DNA of 32,000 nucleotides from Candidatus Scalindua sp. (GTDB lineage Bacteria; Planctomycetota; Brocadiia; Brocadiales; Scalinduaceae): NCBI GenBank assembly GCA_031316235.1, contig JALDRA010000001.1, positions 1,230,001 to 1,262,000 of the forward strand, read 5' to 3'. Shown piece by piece: positions 1 to 7,600 of this stretch (position 1 is its first letter; each line of letters starts with the position of its first letter). The notes under the pieces were generated by a model. It saw only the letters and a program-made list of their open reading frames with translations, ran no database searches and was not told where the DNA came from. The position numbers and the translations under genes were made by a program.

Positions 1-487
1 TTAAATATTGTATCTCGTCAATACCTAGTGCGTTAACATTATCTAAGTTGCGATGCTTTAATCCGTATTCAACAACATGTTCTACCGATTCAAATACGTT
101 TTTCCATGAAACACGAAATTGCCTGGCCACTTCTAGCCAGGAAAGGTACTTTGCCCAATGTGCAAGAAATATCCTGAACGGTTCACTAATTGGACTCTTC
201 CCCTGGGCCCAAGGAATATGTTCTACGGTCACCCCATGCTGGGGGCAGCTTACGCGCCGGGGTCTATAAGCCAACATAACTATGTAACCCCACAAAGGAA
301 CAAAACGAAAACATCGTTCCTGTAGATGATCATAAGTTGGGGCTGCCTTTTTGCACTGGCTACATATGCCTTGTGATCCTTTGCGTTCTTTTACTTTTAC
401 CGTAATCCTGGTTTCTTTTAAAATAACTTTGCCGTAGATGAATCCCTTGACAGGATAACATCTATTGAGTAACGTTTTAATGAGCAT
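1..487 (-). mobile_element. ISL3-family transposase, N-terminal 162 codons (gene runs off the left window edge)
   Basis: Absent from the ORF track because it is open at the window edge. Reverse translation from the ATG at 487..485 gives MLIKTLLNRCYPVKGFIYGKVILKETRITVKVKERKGSQGICSQCKKAAPTYDHLQERCFRFVPLWGYIVMLAYRPRRVSCPQHGVTVEHIPWAQGKSPISEPFRIFLAHWAKYLSWLEVARQFRVSWKNVFESVEHVVEYGLKHRNLDNVNALGIDEIQY. This matches the zf-ISL3 pattern (CxxC ... RRVxCP.HGV..E.IPWA) plus the HTH region typical of ISL3 transposases. Confidence 0.85.
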
Positions 488-586
488 TGTTGTTAATCTG
501 CAGTTGTTAATAATATGGTTAGTGAGAGACCTTATTTTAACAAATTGCAGAGCAACAATGCTTATGTTTCAAATTCTTTGAGGTTT

Positions 587-661
587 TATTTTTTATTCCC
601 TTCTCCGCCACCCACCTTCACCCAGAAGAGAGGTGGGTGGCGGAGAAGGGAATAAAAAATA
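587..661. repeat. Perfect 31-bp inverted repeat (arms 587..617 and 631..661) with a 13-nt loop
   Basis: Read directly: TATTTTTTATTCCCTTCTCCGCCACCCACCT / tcacccagaagag / AGGTGGGTGGCGGAGAAGGGAATAAAAAATA. The T-run is 5' and the A-run 3' of the stem on both strands. Confidence 0.95.
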
Positions 662-958
662 CTCCTTAAGGTGAGCTTTACTACAATCAAATCTATGCTT
701 TTCCTTATTTTTACCCACAGATTCTGTAAAAGACCCATTTTTCAAAAATAAAATTTTACCGTACTTCCCTGATAGGAGATAAGTAGTTTGTCAAAATTCG
801 ACACGTAAACAAAATAACAATACCTCTATCCTGAGTCTTACGAAGTTCCTGTTTTTTTTATTTTTTTCAAAGTTTTCCCTGACGACTCAGAGATTTTCTC
901 TTCTATAAAAGCTGTTTCCAGTTTCCAGACTCCTCACAAATGTTACAAGTTCTTTATG

Positions 959-1100
959 TATACTCATCTCATACTGGATTTCGGATAAAATCCGAGATAA
1001 AATTGAGCGAGTAAAGTCCTCGGCGCTTTTTGTCCGGGGATAACTGCAACCAGGATTTGATTTCCGGTAAAACCGAAAACCAAATCGGTTTTAGTATAAC
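959..1100 (+). repeat. Structured intergenic repeat, copy A (142 nt)
   Basis: The first 55 nt are identical to copy C (28356..28410). It aligns colinearly over its full length to the reverse complement of copy B (23123..23264). It contains three hairpin modules. Confidence 0.9.
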
Positions 1101-1225
1101 ACAAATAACTTAATTTTGTCTTGACACAGTACAAACTTTGCAACTAGTAACATTTCATGAATTATCTATGGAATTTTTAGAATATTTACACGTTATTTCA
1201 GATCTGATTTTCTGCTGATACTTTC

Positions 1226-2527
1226 TTATTGTAAGCTTACCAATACCAACACAAGTCCCCTCCCTTCCTCCAGTGAAGACATGGCCTTCCCTATAATAGC
1301 CCCCTGTGCTTTCTCATGATCGCATACTTTCATCACATGACCGGGTGTATCTGAAGTCGTAAGAAGATCTCCTGCTTGAATGGGTGAAGCCTTCGCATCT
1401 GCCTTGCAATAGACACGGCCGGTCAGGGCTACCGGAAATTCACCATCGGCGACAGAATCAGTCTGCCCCATCAGCATACCCGGACTAACACCTCCTGCCC
1501 CACTGATAATGCCGGCGACTGTACGGTCATACGCCTGATGGCTGATTAAGAGCTTACCCGGGTTCTTCGTGTCGATACTCGCAACCATGCCGGGCTCTAT
1601 CGTAAATTCTCCCTCTTTGATGTAATCCTTCAGTTCATGTGGTTTCCCTATGTCAAACTGCTCAGAGAGATCGGAACCACCGGTTATTTCAATTGAGGAA
1701 GTTCTTGTTCTACCAATTACGTCAAGCCTTGCAGCAGGATTCGTTGTCCCAATACCAGTGTTGCCATTCTTCAGTACTGTCATTGCATTATCGGGTTTAG
1801 TATCATCAATCCCATTCCCGATTACAAACAATGGATCAGTTTCTACCCAGTCTGACGAGTCTCCGGAAATAACATTATACTGGCCAATAACAAATGAGGT
1901 TGAGGACTGAGCGGTTGTTTTTACTCCCATAGCAGTTGAATACTTCCCGCTCGCAGTTGTGGCGCTTCCTATAGCAGTTGATCTGCTTCCACTGGCAGTT
2001 GCCCATCTTCCAATTGCGGTTGAAGCCCATCCACTGGCAGTTGCGCTACTTCCCATGGCGGTTGAAAAACTTCCGATTGCAGTTGTGCTCCATCCCATTG
2101 CGACTGAATAAATTCCAATTTGTTTATCATCCCATTGATTATCATCTACATATCCTGCCCTGAATGCAGCTTTTTTCGGGTACCATATCAGTCTTGCACC
2201 TTTTCCTTCTGTTTTAAGATCAGTACCTGAATCATACGTTCCTTTGGCAATTATACCTCCATCATTATCAAGTGAAAATTTGAATTCAGGTGTAGACGTA
2301 CCAATCCCTACATTACCTCTATTGTAATAAGTATTTATCCCATCAAGTAACCAGTGAGAGTCTCCAGTCGCTTCAGTATTGGCAACTTCAGTTGGACCTC
2401 CTCCAGTAGTAACTACCGTTTTTGCATCATCAGCAAAAATTGGATTACTTGTCATTGAACACACAGAAAACAGAGATATTCCTATTATACAAAACAATTT
2501 CCCCAATTCTTTTTTGACTCTTACCAT
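1226..2527 (-). CDS. Secreted adhesin-like protein with YadA-head/Hep_Hag-type repeats and a conserved C-terminal domain of unknown function
   Basis: I place the start at MVRVKKELGKLFCIIGISLFSVCSMTSNPIFA, which looks like a signal peptide and follows a GAAGGAGGAGG RBS; the track ORF extends to 2593. Repeats such as SVAMGWSTTAIGSFSTAMGSSATASGWASTAIGRWATASGSRSTAIGSATTASGKYSTAMG match the S.A.G..A.A.G pattern of trimeric-autotransporter heads. Confidence 0.6.
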   Translation of the reverse strand: MVRVKKELGKLFCIIGISLFSVCSMTSNPIFADDAKTVVTTGGGPTEVANTEATGDSHWLLDGINTYYNRGNVGIGTSTPEFKFSLDNDGGIIAKGTYDSGTDLKTEGKGARLIWYPKKAAFRAGYVDDNQWDDKQIGIYSVAMGWSTTAIGSFSTAMGSSATASGWASTAIGRWATASGSRSTAIGSATTASGKYSTAMGVKTTAQSSTSFVIGQYNVISGDSSDWVETDPLFVIGNGIDDTKPDNAMTVLKNGNTGIGTTNPAARLDVIGRTRTSSIEITGGSDLSEQFDIGKPHELKDYIKEGEFTIEPGMVASIDTKNPGKLLISHQAYDRTVAGIISGAGGVSPGMLMGQTDSVADGEFPVALTGRVYCKADAKASPIQAGDLLTTSDTPGHVMKVCDHEKAQGAIIGKAMSSLEEGRGLVLVLVSLQ

Positions 2528-2717
2528 CTTTTCCTCCTCCTTCTTTTTTTCAGCTAAGTGTCCCCCCCTTGCCCAATGCAGATATGGCAGCAAGCAGGCA
2601 GTTTCTAACCTTACGCCTCTTACTCTTTGATCAATAACTCATACATCCTCTAAACTGAAAGCTTTAATCAGAAATCCCAAACCTAATATCTTAAATCTAA
2701 AATCTTCTCATTTCTCA

Positions 2718-3608
2718 TCAATCCTCCTCTTCTCCTATAAAGACACTCCCCCCTGTAGCCTCGATAATTAATTTTTTTGTGATTATTGATGTCTCATCAG
2801 TTGTGCCTGCCTTGATTATGACTTCTCCTCCGGGAGCAACGGCTTGAACCCCTTCTTCAACCGTATTGTATGGTTCATCAAAGGTACCCTTTTCTGTTCC
2901 CTTAGAAGAAAACTCCACCCATTTCGTATCAAGGGCTGGATTCGTACCTTTTTTATACTCATCAATATTTGTAATACCATCTCCATCAAGGTCTCCGTTC
3001 CTGTCATCAACTAACGGATTAAGACCGTATTTTTCCTCATAAACATCTTCCATGCCGTCACCGTCAGTGTCAGTTCCTCCGCCTCCACCAGAACCCACAA
3101 TCAAAGAACCGTTCTGTATTGAGTGTGCAACAGAAGTCGAACCGTCAGCGTTTGAAAGGGCATGTTTGGAATTAATGAGTGGATTGGTATTGGTCTCTGC
3201 AAATTTCACAGCATATGTACCGTTTGAGGCACTGGCAGCAACATTCAGATTGAGTGAGAGCAGGACACCACTATCTCCTTTGTAAGTACCTGAACCAGAA
3301 TAGGCTATTACAGCAACCTCATTGGCCCCGTTTGATGAAGGGTGGTGATCAATGGTGAAACTGCCAGATGGCAATCCTGCACCTCCTGAGACACCCGTAA
3401 CACTTACCCCTTCCGGCAAGATAATCCTTGCATTAACCCCAGCATACGTTCCTCCTGGTTCACCAGTGATGCTGAGATTTAACAACGTCGAATCACCAGG
3501 TTGGACATTTGTTGTACCGAGAGACAATAAAGGATCTGCAGCTGCATGTAACGTTATTACAAACACCAGCAGCAGCGAACATATTAATACAATACCCGGT
3601 CTTTTCAT
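2718..3608 (-). CDS. Secreted cohesin-like domain protein with a Gly linker and Asp-rich calcium-binding-type repeats
   Basis: I place the start at MKRPGIVLICSLLLVFVITLHAAA after an AGGAG RBS; the track ORF extends to 3662. The N-terminal beta-domain (VQPGDSTLLNLSITG..YAGVNARIILPEGVSV..FTID..VAVIAYSG..GVLLSLNLNVAASASNGTYAVKF) fits the cohesin pattern. It is followed by GSGGGGGTDTDGDGMEDVYEEKYGLNPLVDDRNGDLDGDGITNIDEY. Confidence 0.6.
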   Translation of the reverse strand: MKRPGIVLICSLLLVFVITLHAAADPLLSLGTTNVQPGDSTLLNLSITGEPGGTYAGVNARIILPEGVSVTGVSGGAGLPSGSFTIDHHPSSNGANEVAVIAYSGSGTYKGDSGVLLSLNLNVAASASNGTYAVKFAETNTNPLINSKHALSNADGSTSVAHSIQNGSLIVGSGGGGGTDTDGDGMEDVYEEKYGLNPLVDDRNGDLDGDGITNIDEYKKGTNPALDTKWVEFSSKGTEKGTFDEPYNTVEEGVQAVAPGGEVIIKAGTTDETSIITKKLIIEATGGSVFIGEEED

Positions 3609-3777
3609 AATATTTCTCCTGATAATGTTTATTGTCATAAAGGATTTTAAATGGTTATCCATATTTTTTTACTATTTCATTCTAGAAACTGAGTTTTAAG
3701 GTATTATCCTATTTCCGGTAATATTCTTAACTTTTTATACATAACGCATTAACGTAATAATCATAGAAGGTGTATCT

Positions 3778-3998
3778 ATGCTTGAGAATTTGAATAGCAT
3801 TACACCCCAATACATTGTTGAAAAAAAAGGCAAAGAAAAGCTGTCTTGATTACTTTAGATGAATACGAAAGTTTCTTAGAACTAGTAGAAGAACTGGAAG
3901 ATGCAAGAGATCTCTTAAAAGCGGAATTGGAAACCAGGAACCTTACACCATATGAAGAATTCAGAACAAAGTGGCTGAATCTAGAAACTACAAAATAA
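3778..3998 (+). pseudogene. Phd/YefM-RelB-like antitoxin, frameshifted
   Basis: Frame 1 reads MLENLNSITPQYIVEKKGKEK and then stops at 3847. Homology continues in the adjacent frame from 3840: AVLITLDEYESFLELVEELEDARDLLKAELETRNLTPYEEFRTKWLNLETTK*. This implies loss of one nucleotide near 3838..3841. Confidence 0.75.
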
Positions 3999-4240
3999 TT
4001 ATTGGAAGAAAAGCTGAAAAAGATGCAGGAAATATCCCGCTTCAATAAAGAACAAAGATTGATAACGCAATTCTTTTTCTTGCCAATAATCCACGAGATC
4101 ACAAGTGCAAAAAACTTACCCATAAGGAAGGCTATCGTATCAGAGCAGGCAACTACCGTGTCCTTCATACAGTTGATGATAGTTCTAAAACTGTGGTTAT
4201 CTACCGCATAAAGATTATGGGTAAAGATACATATAAATAG
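3971..4240 (+). pseudogene. RelE/ParE-family toxin with an in-frame TAA
   Basis: A GTG at 3971 overlaps the antitoxin stop. Translation is VAESRNYKIIIGRKAEKDAGNIPLQ*(TAA 4046..4048)RTKIDNAILFLANNPRDHKCKKLTHKEGYRIRAGNYRVLHTVDDSSKTVVIYRIKIMGKDTYK*. The YKI..S.KA.KDL..LP / NPR..G.KKL....GYRIR.GDYRV.Y.VDD....V.I..I.HR layout is classic RelE/ParE. Confidence 0.75.
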
Positions 4241-4347
4241 TGTGTTGCCTCGCATATAAGCGGTGTTATTCATAATTGCATTTTTATTTATTCTGTTTTG
4301 TACTTGACAGTTATCTCAATAGGTGACCCTACATTACTCCTTTCTGG

Positions 4348-4560
4348 TTGCTGCAGTTAGGTGTATTCTCCACAGGAAGCATTAGAAAATATAAAAGACG
4401 CAAAGGTAGCCAAAAGGTCTATCGCCACTCTGACGGGCGCCGTGTTGTTATTCATTATCATCATGCTAAAAATACCTTACCACCCGGAACTCTTAAAAGC
4501 TTTCTCAACGGAACTAAATGGAACGAAGGCGACCTCAAACGTTTCAAACTAATCATTTAG
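4348..4560 (+). CDS. HicA-like mRNA-interferase toxin homologue, orphan and possibly inactive or N-terminally truncated
   Basis: RRKGSQKVYRHSDGRRVVIHYHHAKNTLPPGTLKSFLNGTKW matches the HicA core (kGSHh.y.hpdGrr.t.P.H..kdl..GtL.silkqag). The conserved GSH His is Gln here. The only available start is TTG, because an in-frame stop lies at 4324. No HicB gene is adjacent. Confidence 0.55.
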   Translation: MLQLGVFSTGSIRKYKRRKGSQKVYRHSDGRRVVIHYHHAKNTLPPGTLKSFLNGTKWNEGDLKRFKLII

Positions 4561-4650
4561 AGTAATCTAAAATTGTTTAATGGGAGTCATCACTCACTTC
4601 TCACTTCAATATTAATATAACTTAAGTCGCTTTTTTAAAAGTTTCTGTCC

Positions 4651-7600
4651 CTATTTAGTAGCCCCAGGATGCTTTATATCATGGACATCAAATTCTTTTT
4701 GAAGTCTAATATAATCCTTGACCTGCTGTTGGTTTTCAAAAGTTTCCTGTGTTCTAGTATTTAACAACTTGCCATCTTTTAATAACTTCCATTCTTTGCG
4801 CCAATCTGAAGTATCTCCTTTAAGCAATGGTGCAATAGTAAAAACCCAACTAAATTTTCCTTCATACTGTGTCATTGCTAGATCGATTGGATTTAAAATA
4901 TCAGCAATCCTGTCTATTTTTGTATTAAAATCATCTTTTTTTAATTTTTCGTGTCTTCTTCTTATTGCGGCTAAAAGACTGTGCGGTTCTTTTCTTGCCT
5001 GGTTAAAACTTATCAATGTTACTCCATATTCATTATTACTAGGAACAAGCAATCCTTTGCCAGTATCTTTATATTTAGCTTCTAGATGAGCTAAATAATC
5101 CTTTGTATTACTTTCTAACTCATTTAGTTGAATTACTTCCCTCATTATCCATTTTTCACGAGTCCATCTATCTGACTCATTAGGTATTTTACTCACAGAC
5201 CATTGAAAAAAAACAGACAACGCAGCTCGGCCATCAGGGTCAACTAGTACTATCGGATTATTATTTGTATATGAATAAAAATTTAAATTTTGTGGATTTT
5301 CCAACCAGCTTACTTTTGAATTCTCTCCTAAAGGATCCACACTAATAAATCTACCAAAATGTCCACTCAAATACCTCGCCTCAAAATATTGCAATCCACT
5401 CTCAACATCCGTCTCCTTCCCGGTAAATTTGTAATCTGACATATTTGTTGTCGGATTTACTTTGACTCCATACCTCTGATGGCCAAACGGATAGTTCACC
5501 ATCTGTTCGGTTACTGTGGCTTTACTTGTCAAGGTAATATTTGATGAACCGAGATGGTCGTGCAGATAAAACGTTACAGGTAGTAAAGCCGAGGAGTTAT
5601 TCTGAGAACCATCAGCTCTTGCAACGCGGCTGCCCCCGGCATAAACGTATTTCATCAGTTTGCCATCACGCACCTCACTGAATTTGTCGATATAGAAAGC
5701 CTCAATCGTAGTACCGTTCACAGATTCATTGACCGATTTCTTTTTCCGTGTGTCCGTATAGTCATATAAATATTGTGCTCTCTTTGTGTCATTGGTAAGG
5801 CCTGTAAGGCGGTCTTTGAAGTCCCAGTTCAGAGTCATGCCCCTGTCAGTACGCATATTGCCGTTGTCATCATAGGTAAATACCATGGCACCATTTGGTC
5901 CTTTCTCTGTATTCGTTATCGCATGCGGGCCGGGTGGGTCTCCCTGATTACGGCCTATGCGGCCGGAGGTGCCTGCCGTTCCTCCCGACGTCATCACACC
6001 AAGATCCATCAGAGGTTCAGGGTCTGTAAGTACAACGTTTTTCCTTACCATATTTCCGATATGGTCATAACGGTAATTGATAGTTCCATAAATGTCTGTA
6101 TTCTTTGCCTGTGTCAGGCGGTAGAGTGAATCGTATATAAACGACTGTGTGGCATTAAATTTACGCGCTTCAGCAGGTCCGATGCCCAGCTCTGTACCAA
6201 TAGTATCCAGGGTTTCATTGCCCCTGCCATCTGTAATGTTCGTAATATTTGATACACCATCATAGGTATATTTCAAGTCCTGTAGTGTAAGTCCGTCACT
6301 GTTGCGTGTGGTCTTGAGACCACTCAGCCTCAGCCGTTGGTCATAGTCGTATGTTGTTTTCGTACCGCAAGCAAGTTCTAGCACCTTATTCTGACCCGCC
6401 GGGTTGTAGTCATAGCTGTCGATAACACCTGGTACCGACTCAAGCAGACCACGGTCATTGTATTTGTAATTACCATACGCACCATCAGGATAGGTAAGTG
6501 AGGTGACACGGTCCATTGAATCATATTCCATGCCGCTATAGTAATTATTGAGACCGTTCTGGCCATCACCTTTGATTCGTTTGACTACCCATCTTACACG
6601 GCCACGCTTGTCATATGAGTTGTGTTCCTCACCAGACTGGTCACGTACCCATGAGAGAAATCCCTTTGTGTTTTCAGCATTCACTGTGTTATCCTGAGGG
6701 AACATCCGTTTGGCCTTAACGATATCCGACACATCTAATGTACTATCACCATTCAGGTCGAGGCCAGAATCATGCCCCTTTCCGGTAAGGATTGCTTCAG
6801 CTATCATCTTTGGCTGAATTCCTTCCCACAGGTCTCCCAAACCTACCGAAACACCCGGTTCATCATAATGATATTCAACATCAGCTACACTCTTGCCTGT
6901 ACCATAAAACTCAGCGGTCAAGCGATTGACACCATCATACCTATATTTAATGATCTGTCCCCTGGCATCAACAGTCTCTCTCAGATTGCTCGCATCATCG
7001 TACGTATACGTCATATACCCGCGGTCCGGATCGTTCATAAAGGTCTTTCGGCTCAGGCCGTCATACTCCATAATCTTCTGGTTATTCTGTGAATCTGTAT
7101 AACCGGTCAGGTTGTCGAGCAGGTCGTATGAATAGGTCGTCTTCCATTCGGCTGGACTGCCCAGGGGTTCTCCGGTATCACTCAGCTTGACAATTTCATA
7201 CACCTCACGCAGACGGCCGTTTCCATCCTCATCAAGCAGCCCGTCAGTTACATAACGCATACCGTTACCGGCATGTACTGAGTCTGACCTTGTCTGTTCC
7301 TCATCATGAATAGTCTTTTCCAGGGGTTTGTAGATAGTGGTTGAGTACAAAACCCCATCCGGTCCAATGGGCTGATTCATACGGATTTCTCTGCCAAGGG
7401 CATCATAGATATGCTCGGTAAAACCTGTATTGTAAGCAGGATCAACAAAATCAAGCGTCCCTGTCTCAAAATAGGGAAGGTACTTCTTCCAAGGCAGTTT
7501 GCGGGCATTGAACTTTACCGTGTCTGTCACTACAACTTGGCTGGTATCTTCTCCCTCAGCTCTCGTCATTATCTTACGACCAAGTCCATCGTAAAAAGTC

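Noticed and set aside
48-269. 73-aa plus-strand ORF at the window start
   Set aside because: It lies antisense within the ISL3 transposase coding sequence, which has strong family motifs. It is a shadow ORF.
587-661. Interpretation of the 31-bp palindrome as a bidirectional Rho-independent terminator
   Set aside because: A terminator needs a U-tract 3' of the stem. Here the T-run is 5' and the A-run 3' on both strands, which is the opposite geometry.
3800-4273. 157-aa minus-strand ORF from the track
   Set aside because: It is antisense to the clearly homologous, though damaged, Phd/RelB and RelE/ParE reading frames on the plus strand. Its sequence is low-complexity (SSSSSTSS, FFSFSS) with no recognisable motif.
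4361-4552. 63-aa alternative-frame ORF overlapping the HicA-like gene
   Set aside because: The other frame carries the HicA core motif. This frame has no recognisable similarity and contains a hydrophobic stretch typical of an off-frame read.
4654-5220. ADP-ribosyltransferase reading of the RHS tail (the ELE in QLNELESN as an ExE motif)
   Set aside because: The ELE lies near the N-terminus of the tail, with no upstream Arg or S-T-S elements in the required order and spacing. I do not consider it an ART.
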